From positions 56,383 to 115,798 of the forward strand of contig JALNLM010000005.1 in the NCBI GenBank assembly GCA_023254095.1: a stretch of 59,416 nt of DNA, in the 5' to 3' direction. The DNA comes from Candidatus Geocrenenecus huangii. Its GTDB lineage: Archaea > Thermoproteota > Nitrososphaeria_A > Caldarchaeales > Wolframiiraptoraceae. Positions 40,488-49,087 of this stretch are shown here, in pieces (the stretch's first letter is position 1; each line of letters begins with the position of its first letter). The notes under the pieces are model-generated. The model was not told the DNA's origin. It made no database searches and worked only from the letters and a program-made list of their open reading frames with translations. The position numbers and the translations under genes were made by a program.

Positions 40488-42388
40488 GCCTGATAGTCTC
40501 CCTCCCGCCAAATAATCTTGACTAACTTCACTCTAGGAGAACTCATACTGGGTGAGTCGCGTCTTAGAGTAAATTTTAATCTTAAAACCTCACGTAAAAA
40601 TGGTAATAAGATGTAATCGCTATCGATCAGGAGACTGTATGGAGAAATAATGCTTATCCAGTTTAGTGTTAATGGGTCTCCAACTTTCCTAAACGTTGAT
40701 ATGAAGCTCTCGTACTTCTCCCATTTGCCCGCTTTAATGGTAATATTTCCCTCAAGGTAATTATTATTGTCTTGGCATAGTCTGACCTTGATTGAGAAGT
40801 TTGAAATGTAGTCTCCGTAAAGATATAGTCTTACATACTTGAATCTACTGAGAAGTATATTCAAGTCCTTTGTGCTTGGATAATATATTTCTCCGTCTTG
40901 GCCTTGCGTTGAAGTCGTGAGCTTTAAGCAGTACTTGTTAAGTAAGCCGAAAGGTATATCTGAGACTGATGCGTTCACTGTTCCATAATTTGAGGCATTT
41001 TTACATGTAAAACTGCCAAACCCTTTAGGCCATCTGGAAACATATACGAATTGAGAATCACATGCATCATAGACGCTTTCCACAACTCTATCATCAACAT
41101 CTAGTATATGGGCAGATATCGAGCCATCACCCTTATCGGTTATCCATTCGCATTTAGTGAATATTGTGAACTTTCTTGATTCAGGCAAGATTGAAACCTC
41201 GAAGCTACCTTGAGTTGCACCTGAGGCTAATACGGCATACCCATCCGAATCCAATACAATATTCTGCGAATTGTAAAGTGTTAAAGGAGGTTTATTCACG
41301 TATACTGGATATTTTACTTCTCCGATATATTTTAATACTTGAGCTATTTCTTCAGTCGTTATTGTGATCGTTGAAAGCATCTCGGGAATCTTAATGGCTT
41401 GACCGAATCGGGCGGCCACATCCCCTTTTACAGCCTCCTCAAAAAATTCCTCAAAGATTTCTAGTTTCCCTCCTAAGGTCAAAGTATATCGTAGCTTTTC
41501 CGGGTCGTACTCTATCTCCATGAGATGCATGTCAACGTTGTTTAGTCCTAGTGAAGCTAGACTAACTCTAACGGTATCGCCTAAATCGATGTTCATGGCC
41601 TCGAAATCCACTTGATGCATTTCTACCCTAAGTTGTCTCCCATACTCACGATTCAAAGCCAATCTAATGTTTGCTCGTCTCAAAGCTTCACTCCTATCTG
41701 TCAGGAAAGGATCATGAACAACGAGTGGCATATCCCCGGACCCCTCACTGACGTCCGCCAAAACTTCACCGTTCGCGCCAACATAGATCACCCTGTTTCT
41801 CAGCTTCCACTTATCTTCCGAATATTCGGCTGAGAGGATCATGCTATCATTAATTACGGATAAGTATGGTCCGATGGACTTTGGTTTAAAGTATAGTTTC
41901 TTCCCAGGTTTCATTCTCAGCCAATAGTTTGTACCTCTCGCTACTGCCTGCATTATCTTCAACGCTACCTCATTCTCTATCTCCCAAGGCGATAAGAGCT
42001 CAGGAGTACCATCTTCATCCACATTCGATAGGTCCACATCATTCTCCAGACTCGCAAGATCTTTTACGATCGTTCCTGCCTTGGTTCCCGTATTGTAAAC
42101 TCTGTAAACGACGAGCCTGTCATATTGGATTAAGTCTGTGTAAGCCGTTATCCTACATCTCGCGATGTCGCCACCCCTGTGAGTCTTGCTAGACTCATAA
42201 ACCACGCCTTCAAATAGTACGATAGAGTCTCTCCTAAGCCTAACCCTTGCTCCGGTGGGGATGGGTTCCAAAAAGACTGCCTCAAACGTTTCAAGACTTC
42301 TCATAGATATGCTTCTTCTAAAGCTTACACATTTTGACGTCTTATCGATCCACGTCGTTCCATCAAAAACCTCGAAGTATATTGTCAT
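40484..42388 (-). CDS. Tail tip / baseplate hub protein with C-terminal carbohydrate-binding-like domain
   Basis: Follows tape measure; LFEGVV, LRNRVIYVG, LGDTVRV hub-like motifs. Confidence 0.72.
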   Translation of the reverse strand: MTIYFEVFDGTTWIDKTSKCVSFRRSISMRSLETFEAVFLEPIPTGARVRLRRDSIVLFEGVVYESSKTHRGGDIARCRITAYTDLIQYDRLVVYRVYNTGTKAGTIVKDLASLENDVDLSNVDEDGTPELLSPWEIENEVALKIMQAVARGTNYWLRMKPGKKLYFKPKSIGPYLSVINDSMILSAEYSEDKWKLRNRVIYVGANGEVLADVSEGSGDMPLVVHDPFLTDRSEALRRANIRLALNREYGRQLRVEMHQVDFEAMNIDLGDTVRVSLASLGLNNVDMHLMEIEYDPEKLRYTLTLGGKLEIFEEFFEEAVKGDVAARFGQAIKIPEMLSTITITTEEIAQVLKYIGEVKYPVYVNKPPLTLYNSQNIVLDSDGYAVLASGATQGSFEVSILPESRKFTIFTKCEWITDKGDGSISAHILDVDDRVVESVYDACDSQFVYVSRWPKGFGSFTCKNASNYGTVNASVSDIPFGLLNKYCLKLTTSTQGQDGEIYYPSTKDLNILLSRFKYVRLYLYGDYISNFSIKVRLCQDNNNYLEGNITIKAGKWEKYESFISTFRKVGDPLTLNWISIISPYSLLIDSDYILLPFLREVLRLKFTLRRDSPSMSSPRVKLVKIIWREGDYQA

Positions 42389-44730
42389 GCACCCATACAC
42401 CTCAGATTTCTAACTATCTGCCTCGAGAGAATCTCTGCCAGTTCATGTGGATCGGCTACTCCACCTGCGTTTACGTTTACGCTTACGCTTATGTTTCTAG
42501 TTACCGTAGTAGGGCCATAGTTTCTAAACCATTCAGCAACATGTCTAGGCAGAATCATCTCTCCACGATGTAGATAGTATGCTCCCTCTGAGGTGAACCA
42601 TGCTCCAGACTGCGCCTTCGGCAAATACCTCCACAGCCTCTCCACTCCCTTCCTCGTCTCCTCTCCACCTGGATACAAAGTCTGTCCAGCACTCTCACTT
42701 TTCTTTCCTCCACCTTCAACCGTAATGATATGATGGTAATGGTATGTGTGGACGGTCAAGCCGTCCAGAACTTTCAACACATCTATGAAGTTCCTCGCAG
42801 TTTCTATGTTGCCCTGTATCGCGTCTCTAGTAGCATTCAAGGCTTGAATCAGAATGTTATGTAGTGAGCCAGCAACGTTTTGAGCATCGACCCCCATTTG
42901 CCTCAGAATGCTTATGAACTCCTCATGTGTTACTATCCCATCTTCAAGCGATGATGTCAACGCTGTCAGACCGTTAAGCAACATGTTCGAGGCGTCTGTG
43001 GCCCCCATAATGCTTAACTGTAAAGCTTGTTGGACAAGAGAGCCGGCTTGAGTGGCGTAGTTCAGTACTTTTTGAGCTGCCGCTAATCTCTCCTTACTAG
43101 CCTTAGCCTCCTCTGATAATTGAACGTCTTCACCAAGTGCCTCCATGATAGATATTGTAACGTCGTAAAGGTTTTCTCCTAAACTGATGCTCTTCCCTAG
43201 AATATCGAATGATGATGATAGAATCTTTAACTCACTCTGCAGACTCTTAATCTGCTCCTCAACCATTTTTATCGAGTTTGCTGTCTGCTGAGAAGATATT
43301 GTGGCTGCTGAGGCCATGGCCTGAAAGCCTTCAGGAACGGAGACACCCATCTCCACAGCTCTATCTATTAGTTCTTGAATCGTCTCGTTGTAGACTCCTA
43401 TGCTTTCAGCAATCTTGAGACCCTCGGCCACAGTTATCTCGCCCATGTCAACCCATGCCTTAATGTATTGTGCCGCTTTTTCCTCGGAGACTCTGCCCAT
43501 CACTCTAACCTCAAACTCCAAATATCCTAGATAGCGTTCAAGATCCGATTTCGTGATCGCCCCCATGATGCTTCTCCAAGCAGACATCACAGCGTCTACA
43601 GCCTTCAGGAATGAGGGTGCAACCATCGTCAAGATCGCTGAGGCCCCTTCACCTATGCTTCTCATCAACCTATCATTCTCTGCCTTCAATCTCGCCATCT
43701 TCCCCTCTGTAGTCTCAAGATAACGCATGTAGGTCTCCCACGCGGAGCCGCTCCTAGAAACCTCTTCAGCCAATTCCGCTATACTTTCATTCATCTGCGT
43801 AAACGTGAACAAGGCCTTCAAGGCTCTAATGTCGACACCTTTAAGCTTCTCCTGTAACTCGTCGAAGCTCATGCCGCCCATCTTCACAATATTTACTACA
43901 TCAAGCATGACCTTGGTCGTGGACCTGAGACTCCCATCCAAGTCATGTATTGGTACACCAAGTTTTCCAGCTATCTCATAGAGTTCTAGGAGGAAACGGT
44001 TTAGATGTGTTCCAGCTTCCTGCGCTGACCCGAACCTACGTTCCAGAACGATAAGCCATGAAGTCGTTTCTTCCAAACTCATACCCATGGCTCTGGCCGT
44101 TGCACCCACGTTAGCCAATCCCTGAGCGAAATCATTCGCAGAACCTATACCGAGACGTGAAGCATTAACCAACGCGTCGACAACCCTCTTTGCTTCACTT
44201 CCAGCTACGCCGAATTGGGCCATGACTTGGACGAGGTTTGCTGAAGCGGTAGCAAAATCAACGTTCTCGATCTTGGCGAGCATGATAGCGTCTTTCAATG
44301 CGAGTGCAGCTTCACGACCGCTCAAGCCGGCTTTAACGAGGTTTCCAAGAGCGGTTACAGCCTCTTTTCCAGAGACTGCGAGTTCTCGTGCTGCAGCAGA
44401 GGCCACAACCCTGAGTCCAGCAGCCAATCCCTCAATGCTTTGACCTGCTTCTCTGGATAATGAGGCAAGCCTCAGCGATTCAGCCTCAAATACACTAAAT
44501 GCATTCACGCTTTCTCTCACCCAACTACTTACTTGAGAAAATATGTTGAAGCCTATGAATCCTGAGATTACTCCTAGGCTGATTTTACCAACTTCTTTAA
44601 TAGAGCTGCCCAACCTGTTAGATTCGTCCCTTAACTGGTTAAGAGAATCAACCGCTTTTCTTACAGCGTTAGATATGTTTTCTTGTGCTTTTAGCAGGAT
44701 GGATACCGTGTATGTTCCAATCTCAGCCAT
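42385..44730 (-). CDS. Tail tape measure protein
   Basis: 781-aa Ala/Gly-rich helical protein with TMP-type repeats (LANVGATARAMGMSLEET, AGTHL) and C-terminal LHRGEMILP. Confidence 0.93.
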   Translation of the reverse strand: MAEIGTYTVSILLKAQENISNAVRKAVDSLNQLRDESNRLGSSIKEVGKISLGVISGFIGFNIFSQVSSWVRESVNAFSVFEAESLRLASLSREAGQSIEGLAAGLRVVASAAARELAVSGKEAVTALGNLVKAGLSGREAALALKDAIMLAKIENVDFATASANLVQVMAQFGVAGSEAKRVVDALVNASRLGIGSANDFAQGLANVGATARAMGMSLEETTSWLIVLERRFGSAQEAGTHLNRFLLELYEIAGKLGVPIHDLDGSLRSTTKVMLDVVNIVKMGGMSFDELQEKLKGVDIRALKALFTFTQMNESIAELAEEVSRSGSAWETYMRYLETTEGKMARLKAENDRLMRSIGEGASAILTMVAPSFLKAVDAVMSAWRSIMGAITKSDLERYLGYLEFEVRVMGRVSEEKAAQYIKAWVDMGEITVAEGLKIAESIGVYNETIQELIDRAVEMGVSVPEGFQAMASAATISSQQTANSIKMVEEQIKSLQSELKILSSSFDILGKSISLGENLYDVTISIMEALGEDVQLSEEAKASKERLAAAQKVLNYATQAGSLVQQALQLSIMGATDASNMLLNGLTALTSSLEDGIVTHEEFISILRQMGVDAQNVAGSLHNILIQALNATRDAIQGNIETARNFIDVLKVLDGLTVHTYHYHHIITVEGGGKKSESAGQTLYPGGEETRKGVERLWRYLPKAQSGAWFTSEGAYYLHRGEMILPRHVAEWFRNYGPTTVTRNISVSVNVNAGGVADPHELAEILSRQIVRNLRCMGA

Positions 44731-44732
44731 CT

Positions 44733-44957
44733 CTATGTAGTCCCCCGACCTTTTTTAAATTTCTTAGAAGAGGCTTTCTTAGCATACTCGAGGTCATGTA
44801 TAATCAACGTAGCGAGATAGTATGTTATCTCTCCATCTGTAAGATTCATTATATCTTGATGCGTCCAGTGATAGTGTTCAGCGATAATGTGTTCTATGAA
44901 GTATCCTGCATCAAGTTTTCCCGCAATCTCCGCTGCCTTAATAATTCTTGAAAAGGG
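44733..44957 (-). CDS. -1 frameshift extension of tail assembly chaperone (lambda gpGT-like)
   Basis: Overlapping -1 frame ORF entered at slippery C CCT TTT (44951-44957); ends just before tape measure. Confidence 0.7.
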   Translation of the reverse strand, partial: PFSRIIKAAEIAGKLDAGYFIEHIIAEHYHWTHQDIMNLTDGEITYYLATLIIHDLEYAKKASSKKFKKGRGTT

Positions 44958-45325
44958 GCCATGAATACGAAGTCGTTGACCTCCGAGAACAAGGTATACC
45001 ATTCGCTGTACTCTAGCTTATTCATTTCATCTTCACTTAATCCTTTAACGCAGAGATGGAGAAGCCTCTTCTCAAATTCGTACTGGACCTTCTCTTTCTC
45101 TTCTATAAGCTTCTTCTTTTTCTCGAAGTCTTCCTCACTCATTATCTGGCGTTCGAGAATAGAAAGTAAAGTAGAGAGCTGGCTTATACCCGTACAGTAC
45201 ATCTCTCCACGGGTTGGTCGACGGATAGTATACCTTCTTCCCCCAACCTCCACTTCTTTGATTTTCTGGAAAAGCTTCTCCCGGCTAGCCTCACCTGCGA
45301 ATTCTCTAAGCTTCTCAACGCTCAT
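44894..45325 (-). CDS. Tail assembly chaperone
   Basis: Upstream of tape measure; EVGGRRYTIRRPT motif; overlapping frameshift ORF. Confidence 0.75.
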   Translation of the reverse strand: MSVEKLREFAGEASREKLFQKIKEVEVGGRRYTIRRPTRGEMYCTGISQLSTLLSILERQIMSEEDFEKKKKLIEEKEKVQYEFEKRLLHLCVKGLSEDEMNKLEYSEWYTLFSEVNDFVFMAPFQELLRQRRLRENLMQDTS

Positions 45326-45345
45326 ATTCTATCAACCCTCAGACA

Positions 45346-45711
45346 TCATGATCTTAAGAGATTGAAAGAGGACTTTACCCTAGCTATAGCTTTCTCTGCA
45401 GCAGGCTTCATGAATGGTCTAGGAGGCATCCTCCTAGTTCCGAACTCGACGAAAGGAGCATAATATGGTTTACCCTTCTCCCTAGATGGGTATCCAGCAA
45501 CTATTCTAAACTCGAAGTCTCCACGTCTCTCTAGATTTATGGAGCTGCGAAGTCTACCAGTCCTTACATGCACCGTCTCCCTGGCAGTATTGTATGCTTC
45601 TATAGATGCTTCTAGGAGCGTGTCTGATGTTTTCCTGCGTATCTTCTCATAGATCTTCATCAAGGAATCTTTCAGGTTCTCCTCTTCTTTCAAGATTACC
45701 TCAAACATCAT
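45346..45711 (-). CDS. HK97 gp10-like tail completion protein
   Basis: HVRTGRLRSSI...YAPFVEFGTRRMPPRPFMKPA. Confidence 0.92.
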   Translation of the reverse strand: MMFEVILKEEENLKDSLMKIYEKIRRKTSDTLLEASIEAYNTARETVHVRTGRLRSSINLERRGDFEFRIVAGYPSREKGKPYYAPFVEFGTRRMPPRPFMKPAAEKAIARVKSSFNLLRS

Positions 45712-45717
45712 CTATCC

Positions 45718-46614
45718 CTAATATTCTTCGATGTCGTCTTTTACCTCGACGTTTATCTTCTTAGGGTAGAGTCTAATAGTCTGCATAAGTACCTCCGCCT
45801 CGAAGGGTACTTCTGCCTCGGCCTCTATTAAGCAATCCTGGAGATTGAAGTGTATGTAGTCATCACTGGAGCGGGTCAACCTCAACTCGATATCAACGAT
45901 GCTTCTTGATAGAAACTTATCCAGCAATATAGCATCTTCGAAGATTAGGTCTAATTCTCCTTCGCATTCAGCTTTCGTCAACTTGAAACCTGATACGTGG
46001 TCCCCGACCCTAGGCATCTCTTCTAGATTGTTGCTTATGGATAGGCTCGCACTAACTATAGATGCATATTCTACCCCCTCAATATACAATTTCATATCGT
46101 TGAATCTATAAGGCTTCTTGTTCGGTAAGCTTATGGCTGGGTCGGTGTATGGGGAGACTATAGATACTGACTTAGCTCTACACTCTAGAGAGACTGTAAC
46201 GAGTCCATCAGATTCTATAGAGATGTCGGCTGAGTCGACTAAAACCCCAGTAGCTCTTTCAGCGATCGACGTCTCACCGATCCTGGCAGCCTCCACCGTG
46301 ATAGACTTTAAGCTGTTCCCAAACTCAATAAGATGAGTGTATGGGGAGCTTGAACCACTACTAACTACTTTTCCAAAAACGTATTTTAAGAATTTTCCAG
46401 AGATGGGTAGGAACTCTATAGTTGGAGAGAAGTTCAACCCTATGGGTATTCTATCATAGTTTTCTCTTTCGCCCACCCTGACATCCTGATATACTAGCTC
46501 TCCTCCAGAATTCCATCTCCTAGCTATCCCTAGAACATCTAGCATAGATGCTGGCTCACCATACTCTTCTTCCTCACCGTAATACAGCTTCCTGATCATG
46601 TATCCCGACAGCAT
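45718..46614 (-). CDS. Tail tube (major tail) protein
   Basis: YGEEEEYGEP N-terminus, LKYVFG, YTH, SLSISNNLE; position in the module. Confidence 0.78.
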   Translation of the reverse strand: MLSGYMIRKLYYGEEEEYGEPASMLDVLGIARRWNSGGELVYQDVRVGERENYDRIPIGLNFSPTIEFLPISGKFLKYVFGKVVSSGSSSPYTHLIEFGNSLKSITVEAARIGETSIAERATGVLVDSADISIESDGLVTVSLECRAKSVSIVSPYTDPAISLPNKKPYRFNDMKLYIEGVEYASIVSASLSISNNLEEMPRVGDHVSGFKLTKAECEGELDLIFEDAILLDKFLSRSIVDIELRLTRSSDDYIHFNLQDCLIEAEAEVPFEAEVLMQTIRLYPKKINVEVKDDIEEY

Positions 46615-46626
46615 GGTTTAAACATT

Positions 46627-47838
46627 CTATGAAATACTTTTAATCTCTGAGAAGAGTTCATTCTTCATATCGATAGCTGACTTAACGTCTAGCAGACCTG
46701 CTCCAAATAAGTTTCTAGGATCTAGAATCAGGGGAAGTTGTTCAGAGAATACCATAGATAGCTTCCTAACATTCTTGGGTTTCTTCTCTTTGAAGAGGAG
46801 TATTCTATCTGCTTGATAGTCTAACGGGAGAGGTCTAGAAGAAAGATGTAGAATACGTCTAGTAGCTATTGCAGAGTTCAAGTCTCTGTTTATTATAGAT
46901 GCGGTAGCTGTAACCCATGGAGCTGCAAAACTTGTGCCCTTCAAAGATACATCGTTCAAGATGAATAAACCTGGAGCAACTAAGTCTGGCTTAAATCTTC
47001 CATCGAGTGTGGGGCCACGGCTTGAGTATTTCCACAACTTGCCTTTAGTATCGGTTGCGCCTACAGTTATAGCATGTCTGGCCGCTCCGGGTGAACCTAC
47101 AGACATCATTCTAGGTCCACCATTTCCCGCCGCCACCACCACTGCTATCTTCTTCTCTTGTGAAAGATAGTTTACGTATAAGCTTAGGGGATCACATCCA
47201 TCACTCCATGTCTCGCTCTGGATACTTAGATTGACAGCGTGAACTCTCAATTCTATACAGTTTTTCAAAGCCGTTATTACTACGTAGTCTGGGATAGCCC
47301 CTTCTTCTTCGAAAACCTGTATAACGTGGATGTTTGCTTCGGGGATAAGCTTATGGATTATCGAGTGTATGTATCTTCCATGGCCTTCACCATCTATTAT
47401 CGATGCCTCGTATATTGATATCTTAGCTTTGCTCGGAGTATCTTCTGACGCTCCAGAATCTATTATTGCTACCTCGCATCCTTTTCCTCTCTCTTCTTCT
47501 AAATGTATATCTATGAATCGTGTTAATCTCAGGGCTTCTTCGAATCCGCCGTCTTTCTGATTTTTGTAACTGCTTAAAAACCTGTATCTTAAGCCTCTGC
47601 AAACATGGGCTCCCTCCCCCCTCCTAACTCTCTCTATAGCTGATTCTGCATCTTCTACTTTCTCGATTTCTCCAGACAGCCTGCAGACCCAGTAATGTCT
47701 TGAAGTATCCCCTCTATCTTTAGATACCAGCATCCTCCACTTGCTTGGGCCGAAGGGACAGACGTTTTCACAGCATTGTAGAGGAAGCCTTTTCCCACAT
47801 ACGTATCTTGAGGAAAACTTAATTCTGTAGATGCACAT
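46627..47838 (-). CDS. Subtilisin-like S8 serine protease with Cys-rich N-terminus
   Basis: Catalytic triad AIIDSG / GHGRYI / GTSFAAP; AAGNGG; SSRGP...KPDLVAPG. Confidence 0.93.
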   Translation of the reverse strand: MCIYRIKFSSRYVCGKRLPLQCCENVCPFGPSKWRMLVSKDRGDTSRHYWVCRLSGEIEKVEDAESAIERVRRGEGAHVCRGLRYRFLSSYKNQKDGGFEEALRLTRFIDIHLEEERGKGCEVAIIDSGASEDTPSKAKISIYEASIIDGEGHGRYIHSIIHKLIPEANIHVIQVFEEEGAIPDYVVITALKNCIELRVHAVNLSIQSETWSDGCDPLSLYVNYLSQEKKIAVVVAAGNGGPRMMSVGSPGAARHAITVGATDTKGKLWKYSSRGPTLDGRFKPDLVAPGLFILNDVSLKGTSFAAPWVTATASIINRDLNSAIATRRILHLSSRPLPLDYQADRILLFKEKKPKNVRKLSMVFSEQLPLILDPRNLFGAGLLDVKSAIDMKNELFSEIKSIS

Positions 47839-48219
47839 CTATCTTGAAACCTCCTTTAACACGAGTATCATGCTTTTCCGATGAATTCCCCCCTCCTCAA
47901 TATCTATGATCCTGTAGAAACGTATTGGGTACCATCCATATCTTAGATAGTTTTCAGAAGATCTGCTGAGAAGACTTCCCAGTATCTTCTCAACTATCTC
48001 ATCACGTTGTTTAGCGGATATTGCCCATACGTCAATCTGGAATTCATAGACTCTATACTGAAGATTTGTTAATGCTATCGGTTCTGATGAACCATTATTC
48101 TGGATTATCGTGATTAGCGGGATTAAGTCGTTGTTAGATATCCATGCAGTCTTAACGGGTATGCCTACGATCTGCTTAATCTCTTCTGCGAGTTTCTCTA
48201 GAATTCCAGGTATAGGCAT
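47839..48219 (-). CDS. Tail terminator/completion protein
   Basis: PLITI...FQIDVWA motif; position after the adaptor. Confidence 0.7.
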   Translation of the reverse strand: MPIPGILEKLAEEIKQIVGIPVKTAWISNNDLIPLITIIQNNGSSEPIALTNLQYRVYEFQIDVWAISAKQRDEIVEKILGSLLSRSSENYLRYGWYPIRFYRIIDIEEGGIHRKSMILVLKEVSR

Positions 48220-48220
48220 G

Positions 48221-49063
48221 CTACAGCACCTTAACCTGTCTAGGAAGATTCTTCTTGATTCGTTCAACTTCTTTCCTGAGAAACTCTAATCTGCTGAATA
48301 TTTCTCCAGGCTTCTTGAACACCATAGATATTCTTCCCTGGTATTCTGGCTCAGTAGTGTACAGCATGCTTATCCTAGAGAGGACATGATAGGATGATAA
48401 TAGTAAGGCAGCTTGCTTAACTATTCCAGGTACCTCAGAGTATCCTGAAAGATATCTCACCCTTACATAGAATGCAGTAGGGACATACCAGGGTGGAAGG
48501 ACCACCCCTGCACAATATTTTTTCAACCTGATTACTCCAAGCTCAGGGTAACATTCATACATGCTTGGTTTGAGCTCTTCCAATACTTCACCATTATGCG
48601 ATTCAACGATTATTGACTCGATCCTGATGACTGGAGTATTGAGGAGAGATATAGTGTTCCCGTGAGACAGGTATACTCGTTCTTCATGTAGTGATTCTTT
48701 AAAGCTTCTTCCACATTCTGAGTCTATTTCTCCTTCTGCTGCATCTATGGCTACTTTAAGTTCATGGTCACTTACTGGATGCCATGAATAAGATGCTGTA
48801 ACATCTAGGCCTGGAGGTGGAGACTCAAGCAAACTTATACATCCCTCATCACAATCTACGCTAGATACTTGAACGGGCAGTCCACCGACTTTAACTTCTA
48901 CATCATCTATTACTACTCCATCGTAATCTGGGTCTACTATCGGTTTAAACAATGTATGAAATTCTTTCGTCACCCCGTCGCCTACTCCGATCTTCTCGTC
49001 TGTGACTCTTATCGGAGTAAATTGTAGAAACCTTCTAAGATCCCCTACACTACAGTAACTCAT
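48221..49063 (-). CDS. Head-tail adaptor (gp6/gp15-like) with inserted beta domain
   Basis: MSYCSVGDL start; AIDAAEGEIDSECGRSF; VRYLSGYSEVPGIVKQA. Confidence 0.8.
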   Translation of the reverse strand: MSYCSVGDLRRFLQFTPIRVTDEKIGVGDGVTKEFHTLFKPIVDPDYDGVVIDDVEVKVGGLPVQVSSVDCDEGCISLLESPPPGLDVTASYSWHPVSDHELKVAIDAAEGEIDSECGRSFKESLHEERVYLSHGNTISLLNTPVIRIESIIVESHNGEVLEELKPSMYECYPELGVIRLKKYCAGVVLPPWYVPTAFYVRVRYLSGYSEVPGIVKQAALLLSSYHVLSRISMLYTTEPEYQGRISMVFKKPGEIFSRLEFLRKEVERIKKNLPRQVKVL

Positions 49064-49087
49064 CAGGAAATGATGTTGCTTGGATAT

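Noticed and set aside
44915-44923. GGGAAAA as the chaperone slippery site
   Set aside because: Out of phase with the chaperone codons (CGG GAA AAC); CCCTTTT is in phase.
38849-48219. Contractile injection system or tailocin
   Set aside because: No sheath or baseplate-wedge genes were recognised, and capsid, portal and terminase are present.
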